A stretch of 64,000 nt of DNA from assembly GCA_002423615.1 (NCBI GenBank), contig DIKO01000105.1:507-64506 (forward strand), given 5' to 3'. Made by a program: the position numbers and the translations under genes. This document shows, in pieces, positions 1 through 10,143 of this stretch. The stretch is from Desulfobacteraceae bacterium UBA5616 (GTDB lineage Bacteria; Desulfobacterota; Desulfobacteria; Desulfobacterales; UBA5616). Below the pieces are notes generated by a model that did no database searches, had not been told where the DNA came from, and worked only from the letters and a program-made list of their open reading frames with translations. The stretch's first letter is position 1. Each line of letters opens with the position of its first letter.

Positions 1-624
1 TTCTTCATGAATTTTGGTCAGTTCCCGGGTCAATACCGCCTTCCGGGTTCCCATGATGTCCGTAAGCTCCGTCAGCAAAGCCACAATTCGCCGGGGGGAT
101 TCATAGAGAATAACGGTCCGCTTTTCCGATTTGATCTCACCTGCCTGTAAAGCCCGCTTTTGTTTTTTACGGTCTAAAAATCCCATAAAAACAAAGGAAT
201 CCGTCGACAACCCCGAGGCGCAAAGGGCGGTTATGGAAGCGCAGACACCGGGGATGGGGACCACGGGGATATGGTGTTCAATCGCAGCTTTGACCATGCG
301 ATATCCCGGATCGGAAACCGTCGGCGTGCCAGCATTGGAAACCAGGGCAACGGACAGGCCGTTCTTTAATTTTTCCATGATCAGCGGAATCCGCTCTTTT
401 TCATTGTGTTCATGGCAGGACAGGGTCCGGTTGGAAATTCCGTGGAGTGAAAACAGCCTGGCCGTATGCCGAGTGTCTTCCGCAGCCACCAGGTCCACCT
501 CCGCAAGAACGCCCAGGGCTCTTAGCGTGATGTCCTCCCGGTTGCCGATGGGGGTGGCGACGATATACAGGTGTCCGGGCTCGACATACCTCCGGGGTTT
601 ATCGGGTAACGCATTCAAAGGCAT
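1..624 (-). CDS. rsmI: 16S rRNA C1402 2'-O-methyltransferase RsmI; the C-terminus runs off the window edge
   Basis: Own reverse-strand translation from ATG 624-622 gives MPLNALPDKPRRYVEPGHLYIVATPIGNREDITLRALGVLAEVDLVAAEDTRH...SNAGTPTVSDPGYRMV...ILYESPRR. LYIVATPIGN and GTPxxSDPG are hallmarks of RsmI and tetrapyrrole-methylase-fold proteins. It is absent from the ORF track because no stop lies inside the window. The start is uncertain (ATG 624 or TTG 618) and overlaps the yraN 3' end. Confidence 0.8.
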   Translation of the reverse strand, partial: MPLNALPDKPRRYVEPGHLYIVATPIGNREDITLRALGVLAEVDLVAAEDTRHTARLFSLHGISNRTLSCHEHNEKERIPLIMEKLKNGLSVALVSNAGTPTVSDPGYRMVKAAIEHHIPVVPIPGVCASITALCASGLSTDSFVFMGFLDRKKQKRALQAGEIKSEKRTVILYESPRRIVALLTELTDIMGTRKAVLTRELTKIHEE

Positions 625-970
625 TCTTGACAATCTCAACTAGAGGCCGGTTTCCATCCTCAAGGATGGAAACCACATCAAATCTGGCACGGACGTTCAT
701 CCGGCCTGTTTTTTTCAGGTAATACAGCGCTGTCAGGGAAATTTTCCGCTTCTTATGCCAGGTAATGGCATATTTAGGATCGCCGTAACGCAGGGTTTTC
801 CTTGCCTTGACCTCAACAAAAACCAGGGTGTCGCCGTCCCTTGCGATAATGTCGATTTCCCCTATTTTTGTCTTGAAATTGGTTTCAAGAATCTCATACC
901 CTTGTTTTTTAAGGGAGTTAACAGCAAGTGACTCGCTCTCTTTTCCGAATTCCTGACGATTGTTCAGCAT
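599..970 (-). CDS. yraN: YraN family (UPF0102) endonuclease-like protein
   Basis: 123-aa ORF with the core GEIDIIARDGDTLVFVEVKAR...ARFDVV, typical of UPF0102. Confidence 0.8.
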   Translation of the reverse strand: MLNNRQEFGKESESLAVNSLKKQGYEILETNFKTKIGEIDIIARDGDTLVFVEVKARKTLRYGDPKYAITWHKKRKISLTALYYLKKTGRMNVRARFDVVSILEDGNRPLVEIVKNAFECVTR

Positions 971-991
971 GGTGTTTGGTATTTCGACTCC

Positions 992-1384
992 TTATGAACT
1001 TCGGTCCAGAACGTGCCGATCCGGAACAACGCAGGTGAAATTCCCCTCAAACACCAATATGTCCTGGTGTTTAACCGTAACGGCGACCGCATGTTTTTTC
1101 CCGTCTTTTTTGAGAACCTGGGCGCTGGCTTCCACTTCATCCCCCACCTTGACCGGTTTCAGAAATTTAACATCCGCTGCTCCCAGAACCACATTGGGAT
1201 CATTTACCGCGATCATCGCGGCATAATCAGCCAGTCCGAAAATAAAGCCGCCATGAACAAGCCCCTTTTGGTCAACGGCCATTTCCGGAATCGTCCGCAA
1301 TCCGACCCGGCTCCGGTCTTTTTCAACAGACAGTACTTTTCCGCAAAGAGTGTTGTTGATCGTAAGATGTGTAAGAATCTCCAT
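992..1384 (-). CDS. PaaI-type hotdog-fold thioesterase
   Basis: 130 aa with the GLVHGGFIFGLADYAAMIAV motif of PaaI/hotdog thioesterases. Confidence 0.7.
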   Translation of the reverse strand: MEILTHLTINNTLCGKVLSVEKDRSRVGLRTIPEMAVDQKGLVHGGFIFGLADYAAMIAVNDPNVVLGAADVKFLKPVKVGDEVEASAQVLKKDGKKHAVAVTVKHQDILVFEGNFTCVVPDRHVLDRSS

Positions 1385-1608
1385 GGATGAAAAGTCTTTC
1401 GATTCCTGATTTTTTCGTGAAAATCGATATGTTAAGGCCGAATTTTCGCCTCCTGATTAATTTTATGTCCATTCTAAGTATTTCTTGACAAAATAACAAC
1501 TTGAAATTAAAAAGCTTAAAATTAATCATAGGCTGCGGCACGGCCGGAAAAAGTATTTTTCAAAATAATTCGGATAGATATTAAATTAGCTGAGGAGTTG
1601 AAATCATA

Positions 1609-1893
1609 ATGACGCTTACGAAATCTCAAATCGTCGATTCGCTGACCAACGAGCTGGGTTTTTCCAGAAAAACAAGCACGGAAACTCTTGAAACCCTCCT
1701 GGAGATTATCAAAAGTTCTCTGGAAAACGGCGAGGATGTCCTGATCAGCGGATACGGAAAATTCTGCGTAAAGGAGAAAAATTCCCGGCGTGGACGGAAT
1801 CCATCCACCGGAGATGATATGATTTTGGACCAGCGGAAGGTGGTTGTTTTCCGATGCTCACATCTATTACGGGAGAAAATAAACGGGGAATAA
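1609..1893 (+). CDS. HU/IHF family DNA-binding protein (IHF-like)
   Basis: 94 aa; ISGYGKFCVKEKNSRRGRNPSTGDDM matches the beta-arm R-x-G-R-N-P motif. A GAGGAG RBS lies upstream. Confidence 0.85.
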   Translation: MTLTKSQIVDSLTNELGFSRKTSTETLETLLEIIKSSLENGEDVLISGYGKFCVKEKNSRRGRNPSTGDDMILDQRKVVVFRCSHLLREKINGE

Positions 1894-1900
1894 GGAACTG

Positions 1901-2440
1901 ATGAATTTTCCGGAAAGCGACGAAATTGCTCTGAATTTTCTGTCGATCCTGCATGACCTCACAAAAGGAGACATGGCCTCGCAGATTTCCCTGTATCAGG
2001 TCGGCGAAACGCTGGGACTTGACAGGGAATCATCCCTAAGAATTGCAGAGACCCTTATGGGAGAGGGTCTTGTGGAAATCAGAACCTTATCCGGCGGCAT
2101 CGGCATCACCGAAACCGGTCAAAAGAAAGTCACACCCACTGAGGGCGGGGAAGCCGGGGAAAAAGCAGCTCTCTCCAGCTCTGCCGTGATGACCCCAGGG
2201 GACCGGAAAGCCGTTGAATCCTTGATCAACACCCTCAAACAGGCCTTCGATTCCATGGGCCTCGATTTCGATGGGCTGGCCGATCTGGCCGTGGATATCA
2301 AAACCATCGACCTTCAACTGACGTCCAAAACCCCGAAAACCGCTGTTACCAGGGAATGCTTCATCTCCATCGCATCCCGTCTGGAAAAAAGCCGATCACC
2401 CGAGCTTAAAAAACGGATCGCAGAACTTCTCGGCCCATAA
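1901..2440 (+). CDS. hypothetical protein
   Basis: 179-aa ORF starting 8 nt after the IHF-like gene. No motif recognised. Confidence 0.45.
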   Translation: MNFPESDEIALNFLSILHDLTKGDMASQISLYQVGETLGLDRESSLRIAETLMGEGLVEIRTLSGGIGITETGQKKVTPTEGGEAGEKAALSSSAVMTPGDRKAVESLINTLKQAFDSMGLDFDGLADLAVDIKTIDLQLTSKTPKTAVTRECFISIASRLEKSRSPELKKRIAELLGP

Positions 2441-2498
2441 AGAAATCCCCTTCCACGGATTGCCCCTCCGGATTAAGAATTCCGGCACCTCGGGCTTT

Positions 2499-3155
2499 TT
2501 ATTTCAATGCCTTTATGCGCCGAATATCCTGGGATTTCCCCAGAATAATCAGGATATCGCTGTCCTTGATCAGAAAGCTCGCCGGCGGCACCAGGACAAA
2601 ATTTTCCGGAACCAGTTCCTTAATGGCGATGATATGAACATTGTATTTGGCCCTGAGGTTCAGGTCCTTTAGATTTTTGCCGATAAACTCCCTGGGCGGG
2701 CCGACCTGAACCAGTTCGAACTCATCGGAAAGAGGAATGAAATCAAGGATATTGGGACGTGACAGGCTGCTGGATATGCGCAGGGCCATATCGCGTTCCG
2801 GGTGGATGATTTCGGTGGCGCCCACGCGTTTTAAAATTTTGCCGTGGTCATCATCCAAGGCCTTGGCCAGGATTTTTTTGACGCCGATTTCCTGCAGATA
2901 AAGACAAATGAGGATGCTGGTGCTGATCTTGGTGCCGGTGGAAACGATCACGCCGTCCATATTTTCCAGACCAAGGGTCTTCAGGGCCTCCTTGTCCGTG
3001 GAATCGAGCACCACGGCTTCGGTGCAATATGGGTCTATAGCCTGAACCCGTGTTTTGTCCGTATCAATGGCGATAACTTCATTGCCGTCTTCAAACAGGG
3101 CTTTGGCCGCGTGGAAGCCGAAATTGCCAAGACCGATCACTGCAAACCGTTTCAT
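2499..3155 (-). CDS. trkA: K+ uptake NAD-binding subunit TrkA/KtrA
   Basis: 218 aa with an N-terminal Rossmann GxGxxG (VIGLGNFG) and an RCK C-terminal part. It lies immediately downstream of a TrkH-type gene. Confidence 0.85.
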   Translation of the reverse strand: MKRFAVIGLGNFGFHAAKALFEDGNEVIAIDTDKTRVQAIDPYCTEAVVLDSTDKEALKTLGLENMDGVIVSTGTKISTSILICLYLQEIGVKKILAKALDDDHGKILKRVGATEIIHPERDMALRISSSLSRPNILDFIPLSDEFELVQVGPPREFIGKNLKDLNLRAKYNVHIIAIKELVPENFVLVPPASFLIKDSDILIILGKSQDIRRIKALK

Positions 3156-3172
3156 GCGACACCTCCGTTGGC

Positions 3173-4543
3173 CTATCCCACCATCAGGTTCTCTTCGGCA
3201 TATTCAATCCCATTGCCGACGCCTGCTCCCACGATGATGTAAGAGAAGGTGAGTACCCCCACCCGGCCGATAATCATTACAAAAATGATGATATATTTAC
3301 TGAATGGATCAAGCATGGGCGTTATCCCCATGGATAACCCCACCGTCCCGAATGCGGAAACCACTTCAAACAGAAAGGCCAGGAATGAACGCTTCGAAAT
3401 CTCCGGATGGACGCCGGACGCCGTATCCCCGACCAGCAGCAGGAAGACAGTGGTCCCGATAATGCCGATGGAGATCAGGATCAGAGACATGCTGCGGGTC
3501 ACGGTTTCATTGGGGATGCTTTTCCTGAAAATATTGACACGGCGTTTTCTTTTGATGCGGCTTAAGGTGAAGGCCGTGAGCAGGGCCAGTGTGGTGGTCT
3601 TCACGCCTCCGCCGCAGGAACCTGGAGATGCGCCGAAAAACATGAAGAAAATCATCATGGCAAGTGTGGCGTCCTTCAGGGATCCGATGTCCACCGTATT
3701 AAAGCCCGCAGTCCGGCAGGTGATGGACTGAAAAACCGGAGCCAGCAAACGGCTTCCGGGGGGGAGGGACCCCGTCAGCATTTGTTTTTCGAGAAAACCG
3801 AACATAACCATGCCGGCAAGAATCAGAAATAGGGTGGTCAGCAACACCGTTTTGGTTTGTATGGACAGCCGCGTCCTTTTTTTCCTCCGCATGACGAACC
3901 AGGATTGCAGGTCATAAAGCACCGGAAACCCGATACCGCCGACCACAATCAGGCCTCCTATGGTCACATTCAACAGTAGGCTTCCGCTGTAGTCCATCAG
4001 GCTGTTCGGGAAAAGGGAAAACCCGGCATTACAGAAAGCTGAAACCGAGTGAAAGACCCCTCGATAAACGGCGGTGGGTATCGGCAGTTCCCTGCCCCAG
4101 TAAATGGAAAGCACAACCGCGCCAAATGCCTCGACGCCGAATGTGAAATAGATAATGCTCTTCACCAGGCCGAAAATATCTTCCCGGGGGGTATGCGCAA
4201 ACAAGTCCTGCATGGCCATTCTGTGACGGAAGGCAACGCTGCGTCCGAACCACCGAAACAGGGCCACTGATATGGTCATGACCCCCAGACCCCCGATCTG
4301 AATGAGGCACAGGATTACCCCCTGGCCGAACAGGCTGAAATAGCTTCCGGTATCCAGGACCGCAAGACCCGTGACGCAAACGGCCGATGTTGCGGTAAAC
4401 AGCGCATCCGCCCAGAAAATGTGCCCGCCCATGGTGGAGAAGGGCAATTTCAGCAGGAATGTGCCCGCGAAGATCAGGGAAAGAAAGCTTCCCAGAACAA
4501 GAGCCGCCGGGTGAAGTTTAAGGACTCGACTGCGAAAGGTCAT
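3173..4543 (-). CDS. trkH: TrkH/KtrB family K+ transporter membrane subunit
   Basis: 456-aa polytopic protein with repeated pore-loop-like motifs (VTGLAV, NAGFS, TAGFNT, TVGLSMG). Confidence 0.85.
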   Translation of the reverse strand: MTFRSRVLKLHPAALVLGSFLSLIFAGTFLLKLPFSTMGGHIFWADALFTATSAVCVTGLAVLDTGSYFSLFGQGVILCLIQIGGLGVMTISVALFRWFGRSVAFRHRMAMQDLFAHTPREDIFGLVKSIIYFTFGVEAFGAVVLSIYWGRELPIPTAVYRGVFHSVSAFCNAGFSLFPNSLMDYSGSLLLNVTIGGLIVVGGIGFPVLYDLQSWFVMRRKKRTRLSIQTKTVLLTTLFLILAGMVMFGFLEKQMLTGSLPPGSRLLAPVFQSITCRTAGFNTVDIGSLKDATLAMMIFFMFFGASPGSCGGGVKTTTLALLTAFTLSRIKRKRRVNIFRKSIPNETVTRSMSLILISIGIIGTTVFLLLVGDTASGVHPEISKRSFLAFLFEVVSAFGTVGLSMGITPMLDPFSKYIIIFVMIIGRVGVLTFSYIIVGAGVGNGIEYAEENLMVG

Positions 4544-5115
4544 TCCCTGTCCCTCGGGTTCAGAAAATATTCACAGTACGCATGGCCGGCCGTCTCGCAG
4601 ACGTGATGAAGCCTGCCGCCTCCCAGTACCATACGGTTCCGGTATGCGCCACAGGAGATCAGTTCATTTCCGTCATCCACCGGGCGATAGGTGAGGAACG
4701 GGCAGAGTTGGCCTAAAATCCGGTCTATTCTCATGGATCCATCTGCATGGGTCAAACGGTTAAAAATAAAGCCGGGGTCCACAGATCCGTTTTCTCCTTG
4801 AATATGGACAAAATCCAACCCCGCATCCGCCATCCGTCGGATCATATCCCGGTGGGGACGGTCCATAGAGGCCGTCACCCGCACTTCTTCGGACACGGGA
4901 TGGCTTTTTAAACAATGACAAAGCTCAACAATGTCGTCACGCAGCGAGCGCCTGTTCCGCGTTGAAAAGCAGATGATGATCAATTCAAAGCTGGCCGTCG
5001 TAGCTGCAAAAAGGCAGCAAAGAGGCGAGCGGACCCATTGACAGTCCACCCTGTTTTCGATACGGATACGTTCATGTAACCGGCATACCAGAATTTTAGG
5101 CTGCATCGAAGACAA
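4540..5115 (-). CDS. hypothetical Cys-rich protein
   Basis: 191-aa ORF whose stop overlaps the trkH start by 4 nt (operon-like). It has many Cys and His but no family recognised. Confidence 0.4.
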   Translation of the reverse strand: MSSMQPKILVCRLHERIRIENRVDCQWVRSPLCCLFAATTASFELIIICFSTRNRRSLRDDIVELCHCLKSHPVSEEVRVTASMDRPHRDMIRRMADAGLDFVHIQGENGSVDPGFIFNRLTHADGSMRIDRILGQLCPFLTYRPVDDGNELISCGAYRNRMVLGGGRLHHVCETAGHAYCEYFLNPRDRE

Positions 5116-5300
5116 AACCTTGTAGTTGGGATTTCCGCCATTTACCCGGCCTGTTCGTTCAGCCCATACAGCAATTTTTATGCCTGTTATTTTATCTAAT
5201 TGATTTTATATAAAAAAGCAGTTGCGCCCCAGTATTATCGCTCTGGGTAACGGCAACGAAGTTGAATCCTGCAAGGAAAAGCTCCTGCATCTTGCAAGGA

Positions 5301-6626
5301 TTAATCCAGATTATATTTTTTTCGTTTTCGCCACAGAGTGGCCGGATCGATGCCCAGTACCCTGGCGGCCTCTTCCAGCGACGGTGTATGGGATATGACC
5401 GTCCTAATATGCTCTTTTTCAATTTCACCCAGACTTTTCAGGGAAGTGGAGGAAATGGATGAAGAATTGAAATTTGCAATGCCGGAAGACAGGTCAGCCG
5501 TCCTGATTTCGGTTTCATGAGCCATGATGACGGCCCGTTCAATGGCGTTGATCAATTCCCGGACATTCCCAGGCCAGGGATAGTTCTGCATCCTCTGCAA
5601 CGCTTCGGGGATTATGCCGCGGACAGACTTGTCGTTCAAACGGGCCGATTGCTTCAGGTAATGCTCGGCCAGCAGTTGAATATCCTCAGGCCGATCCCTC
5701 AGCGGGGGAATGAAGAGTTCCAGTACATTCAGGCGAAAGTAAAGATCCTCCCTGAAGTCCCCCTGTCGGACCATTTCCTCCAAATCCCTGTTGGTGGCGG
5801 CGATAATGCGCACATCCACGGAATGGGGCCTGGGATCCCCGAGACGCTCGTATTCCCGCTCTTGTATGAAACGGAGCAATTTCCCTTGAACGGTGATGGG
5901 AATTTCCGAAACTTCATCGAGGAAAACGGTCCCCCCCTCGGCCAGTTTCAGTTTTCCCTCCTTGTCCCGCAAGGCTCCGGTAAATGCACCCTTGACATGG
6001 CCGAAAAGATCGCTTTCCAGGAGATTTTCGTGAAGCGCCGTGCAATCCACGGTCACCAGAGGACCTTTCGACCTGGGACTCCAGTCATGAATCAACCTTG
6101 CCAAAAGCCCTTTTCCAGTGCCGCTTTCGCCGCTGATCAGAACAATCGCTTCAGAATCCGCAACCTGACGAGCCGTCTGCAGAATTTTCCGCATTCTTCG
6201 GTTCCGGGTCAGGATGCCCCCCTCGGAAAAAATTCCTTTCAGAACGGCGATCTCTTTTTCCATGTGATGAATTCGATTGCGGCGCTCCATAACGAGATCC
6301 AGCTGACCGGGGACAAATGGTTTGGGCAGGTAATCAAAAGCCCCCATTTTAACGGCACTGACAGCGGTTTCAATGGAGGCGTGGGCCGTGATCATCACCA
6401 CCTGGGTCTTGATGCCGCATTGTACAATTTCCTTAAGCACTTCCAGTCCATTGCCATCCGGAAGCTTCAAATCCAGCAACACAAGATCGGGGGTTTCCCT
6501 GTTAAAACATTCGAGTCCTTTTCCGCCGGAAATCGCCTTTACAACCTCAAACCCTTTTTCTTCAAGATACATTTCCAGGGTGGCCAGGATATTCTCGTCA
6601 TCGTCAATGATCAGCGCTTTTTCCAT
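5301..6626 (-). CDS. sigma-54-dependent response regulator (NtrC family)
   Basis: 441 aa. Receiver domain ([14 protein letters not shown]); AAA+ domain with Walker [16 protein letters not shown] loop and FLDEV; C-terminal HTH ([18 protein letters not shown]). Confidence 0.9.
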   Translation of the reverse strand: MEKALIIDDDENILATLEMYLEEKGFEVVKAISGGKGLECFNRETPDLVLLDLKLPDGNGLEVLKEIVQCGIKTQVVMITAHASIETAVSAVKMGAFDYLPKPFVPGQLDLVMERRNRIHHMEKEIAVLKGIFSEGGILTRNRRMRKILQTARQVADSEAIVLISGESGTGKGLLARLIHDWSPRSKGPLVTVDCTALHENLLESDLFGHVKGAFTGALRDKEGKLKLAEGGTVFLDEVSEIPITVQGKLLRFIQEREYERLGDPRPHSVDVRIIAATNRDLEEMVRQGDFREDLYFRLNVLELFIPPLRDRPEDIQLLAEHYLKQSARLNDKSVRGIIPEALQRMQNYPWPGNVRELINAIERAVIMAHETEIRTADLSSGIANFNSSSISSTSLKSLGEIEKEHIRTVISHTPSLEEAARVLGIDPATLWRKRKKYNLD

Positions 6627-8163
6627 TCATATCCTCCGCTTTGGATGGTATCCAGAAGGTAAAGGTTGCACCTTCCCCCATCGTGCTCCTGACATGGATA
6701 TCGCCGCCATGCTGTTCGATGATGTCCTTGACGATGGCCAAACCCAGACCGATGGTGCCGCTTTTTCCGCGTTCGGAAAATTGGGTGAACCGGTCAAAAA
6801 TATGCGGCAGAAAGCGGGGGTTGATGCCGCTGCCGGTATCGATGCAGTGAAAATAAAACCGCGATTGTTGTTTGTGGACCCTTAGGATGATACGCCCTCC
6901 CCGATCGGTGTAACGCAGGGCATTTCCCACCAGATTGGTGATCACCCAGGGAAAACGGAATGAATCAATGGTGACGGGAGGAAGTTTTTCCTGGACGTGA
7001 ATTTCGATAAAAACTCCTTTGATTTCAGCTTCTTTCATCAGAGGCGCAAGGCTTTCCCGAATCACCACGCCGATATCCAGGGTTTCTTTGGGTCGGGGTT
7101 TGGACATGGTTTCAAGACGGGAAATGTCCACCAGTTCGTTGATCAGCACCGTCAACCGCCTGCAATCGTCATGGGCCATCTTAAGCAGTTTGCCTTTTTT
7201 TTCAGCTTCCAGACCTTCACCCCGCTCATGCAGCATGCCGATGCTCATGGACAGGGAGGTCAGGGGCGTTTTCAACTGGTGTGAAATATCGGCGATAAAT
7301 CTTCCTTTTGCCTCCTCGCTGCGACGAACCTTTTCTTTTTCCTCGGCAAGAATATCATCACGATGACGATCGTATTGTTCAAGGCGGTTGAAAAGGCGTG
7401 AGAAGGACTGGGTCAGAAAACCGATCTCATCCCCGGTGCGGGTCTCCACAATGGGATAAACGCCCGTTCCTTCCCGGGTGTCTGAAAGACTTCGGGCAAG
7501 GGTCATGATCGGCCTGGCGATGCGGTAGGATAAAAAATAACTCAACGTCAGAATAGCACCGATAATGACCCCGAAAAGAATGGTTGAATGACGTTGGGCC
7601 CGGGAGGCAAAATCCCGTGTCTCCAGTTCCGCCCTTTCCATTGCTTTCTCATTAATCAAAACCAGGCTGTCCACGGTTAAAACCATTTTGGCCGTTAATG
7701 TCAGAAAGCCTGCGACACGCTGACCGGACAAGGGGTCATCAAGTGTCGGGCCAAAGGATCTCACCGGAATTTCATACTGACTGTAAAGCTCGTATAAATG
7801 ATTGACCAGATCCTGCTCACCATCCTCGGTGATGTTCTCCCGGCAGACACTCAGATTGGACGATAACTTTTTTAAGGTATCCGCTGAAACGCCGGGGAAC
7901 CTCATCCCCCGGGATACATGATCCAGAAGGTTGTTTTGAATTTCTTCAAGGGATTTTCGAACCTCTTGAGCAGCCTTGATGCTTTTATAATTCTTGGACA
8001 GGATCAGTTCCGCGCTTTCTCCCAGGGAACTCAGATACTGGTTGTTGACAAAGGCCGCGGCCAACAAGGCGATGGTCGGGGCCAGGCATACCAAAAATAT
8101 TTTAAACCGGATGGGATGTCGGATCACAATCCCGTCTTTTGATTTCCGACGAATAATTTTCAT
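6604..8163 (-). CDS. sensor histidine kinase with TM-flanked sensor and HAMP-like linker
   Basis: 519 aa with H-box ADISHQLKTPLTSL and HATPase boxes (VGNALRYT, DTGSGI, GLGLAIV). It overlaps the regulator gene by 23 nt. Confidence 0.85.
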   Translation of the reverse strand: MKIIRRKSKDGIVIRHPIRFKIFLVCLAPTIALLAAAFVNNQYLSSLGESAELILSKNYKSIKAAQEVRKSLEEIQNNLLDHVSRGMRFPGVSADTLKKLSSNLSVCRENITEDGEQDLVNHLYELYSQYEIPVRSFGPTLDDPLSGQRVAGFLTLTAKMVLTVDSLVLINEKAMERAELETRDFASRAQRHSTILFGVIIGAILTLSYFLSYRIARPIMTLARSLSDTREGTGVYPIVETRTGDEIGFLTQSFSRLFNRLEQYDRHRDDILAEEKEKVRRSEEAKGRFIADISHQLKTPLTSLSMSIGMLHERGEGLEAEKKGKLLKMAHDDCRRLTVLINELVDISRLETMSKPRPKETLDIGVVIRESLAPLMKEAEIKGVFIEIHVQEKLPPVTIDSFRFPWVITNLVGNALRYTDRGGRIILRVHKQQSRFYFHCIDTGSGINPRFLPHIFDRFTQFSERGKSGTIGLGLAIVKDIIEQHGGDIHVRSTMGEGATFTFWIPSKAEDMNGKSADH

Positions 8164-8360
8164 ACATCTTCATAATATTCCGTTTTCTCAGAACAAAGCA
8201 ACAGTGAAATCGCCTTGTCACAGCCCGGTTCGGTAGCTGTTCTGCGACTCCATCGCGCAGAAAAATCGCGATTATGCGAACAAATCGGAACCCCCCGGCC
8301 CGGCATAGCGACAACACATTGATAATATAATACTTTAATTTTCGCTGAATATCCATTCAT

Positions 8361-8376
8361 GGGCAGGTTTTATGCA
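8361..8376 (+). promoter_or_regulatory. putative sigma-54 (-24/-12) promoter
   Basis: GGCAGGTTTTATGCA against the consensus GGCACG-N4-TTGCW. The GG-N10-GC spacing is exact. It lies 66 nt upstream of ATG 8442, and a divergent sigma-54 activator gene is adjacent. Confidence 0.55.
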
Positions 8377-8441
8377 CTACATTTTCAAAATGCAAAAGAG
8401 TCGCATAAAAAATTACCCAAATTCGACAGGAGGAGCAATCT

Positions 8442-9761
8442 ATGACGGATCGTGTGGTTAAACTCGGCGGTAAAAAAAATTCAACCTTTATGGACAAGGT
8501 TAAGAAAATTTTGCCGGAAGGCGGAAATTTAAACCTTTGCCTGACCTGCGGGGCCTGCTCTTCGGGCTGCCCGGCCACGGGCCTGGACGGGATGGACCCC
8601 CGGAAATTTTTGCGGATGGCGGCCCTGGGGATGGATGAAGAAATCGCAAAATCCGACTGGCCGTGGATGTGCACCATGTGCCAGCGCTGCATTTACGTCT
8701 GCCCAATGAAAATCGATATTCCCCAGCTCGTCTATAACGCCCGGGGACTCAGGCCTCGGGAGGAACGGCCAAGGGGTATCCTGGGCTCCTGCGACATGGC
8801 CCTGAGGAATAAAAGTACCAGCGCCATGGGAACCTCACCGGAGGATTTCGCCTTTGTGGTCGGAGATGTTCTTGAGGAGTACCGGGAGGCCCAGCCTGAA
8901 TTCGCCGACATGGAGGCCCCCATCGACAAACAGGGTGCGGAATTTTTTTTAAACCAGAACTCAAGAGAACCGGTCACCGAACCGGACGAAATGGTCCCCC
9001 TGTGGAAAATTCTTCATCTGGCAGGAGTCGACTGGACTTACGGCAGCAGCGGCTGGGGCGGCGAGAACTATTGTATGTTCCTCGCGGACAACGATTCCTG
9101 GGAGCAGATCACCCGCACCACCGTAGATCAAGCCAACCAGCTGGGGGTTAAAACGTTCCTGAACACCGAGTGAGGCCACGTGACATTCTCAGTCCTGGCA
9201 GGACTGAAAAAATTCAACCTCGAACACCATTTTGAAGTCAAAAACATCTACGAGTACTACGCCAAATGGATCCGGGAAGGCAAGCTCAAGGTCAACTCCG
9301 ACTGGAACAAGGATCTGAAAATCAAATTTACCGTACAAGACCCCTGTCAGATCGTTCGAAAAAGTTATGGAGACCCCATTGCCGAGGATCTCCGGTTTGT
9401 GGTGAAATCCGTGGTGGGGGAGGAAAATTTCATCGACATGACCCCCAACCGGTCCAATAATTACTGCTGCGGCGGCGGCGGGGGTTTTTTGCAATCGGGT
9501 TTCAAGGAACAGCGGCTGGAATACGGGCGATTAAAGGACCAGCAGATAAAGGCCACGGGCGCCGACTACTGCATTGCCGGCTGCCACAACTGCCATGCCC
9601 AGATCCATGAGCTCAGTGAACATTACGGCAGCGGATACCCGGTGGTGCATCTGTGGACCTTGATCTGCCTCTCCCTGGGGGTTCTGGGACCCAATGAGCG
9701 GGAGTACCTGGGGGACGATCTCAAGGAAGTCAATGTCTTCCACCCGGAGACGGCCATGTAA
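8442..9761 (+). CDS. HdrD/GlpC-like Fe-S oxidoreductase (2x CxxCxxCxxxCP plus CCG domains), probable selenoprotein with in-frame UGA at 9171-9173
   Basis: Track ORFs 8442..9173 and 9180..9761 are in the same frame, separated only by TGA-GGC-CAC. The N-part has CLTCGACSSGCP and CTMCQRCIYVCP. The C-part has a canonical CCG domain (C-x39-CCG-x36-CHNC). The UGA sits in C-x31-E-U-G, where the first CCG motif is expected. A hairpin follows the UGA. Confidence 0.7.
9189..9207 (+). promoter_or_regulatory. putative bacterial SECIS hairpin
   Basis: CAGUCCU-GGC-AGGACUG is a perfect 7-bp stem (plus a flanking U-A pair) starting 16 nt after UGA 9171-9173, with a G-rich apical loop. Confidence 0.5.
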
Positions 9762-9777
9762 TCAACAGAAATCGGTC

Positions 9778-10143
9778 ATGACGGAAAATTTAACGATAAC
9801 AGAACTCGAAAAACGCTGGGATCATGTTTTGTCGGCCACCCAAAGGGCTGTAAACAAAAATCCCGGCGTTTACCGCCTTCTCAAATCCCTTGCCGGGGAT
9901 ATTGTTGAAAATCCCCTGGATATCCATGAGTACATGCCCACGGTGGGAAGGCTTTCCGATCTGCTTGAAACCCTGGACCCCGGGGGGAACGGCAGCATAT
10001 TCAGTATTTTCAACGAACGCATCAAACCCGCTTCCATCTGGCAGGTGGCCCTGTTGCGGGTGGAGTGCGGGGATCTTCTGGCCCATCTGAAGGAGTTTGA
10101 TAAATGGCGGTGTTCGAGCGCCGGATTGAGACTCGTGAAGTAA
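9778..10143 (+). CDS. hypothetical protein
   Basis: ATG 9778 lies just after the stop of the Fe-S gene. The track ORF from 9694 would overlap that gene. No motif recognised. Confidence 0.4.
   Translation: MTENLTITELEKRWDHVLSATQRAVNKNPGVYRLLKSLAGDIVENPLDIHEYMPTVGRLSDLLETLDPGGNGSIFSIFNERIKPASIWQVALLRVECGDLLAHLKEFDKWRCSSAGLRLVK

Noticed and set aside
131-643. 170-aa plus-strand ORF at the window start.
   Set aside because: It is antisense to a clear RsmI coding frame (LYIVATPIGN..., GTPTVSDPG). Its composition is Arg/Ser/Cys-rich with no motif, as expected for a shadow ORF.
5517-6662. 381-aa plus-strand ORF.
   Set aside because: It lies fully antisense to the sigma-54 response regulator gene, which has unambiguous Walker A, GAFTGA and HTH motifs.
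9694-9777. Longer version of the hypothetical ORF, starting at 9694.
   Set aside because: It would overlap the last 68 nt of the Fe-S gene in another frame. ATG 9778 directly follows that gene's stop.
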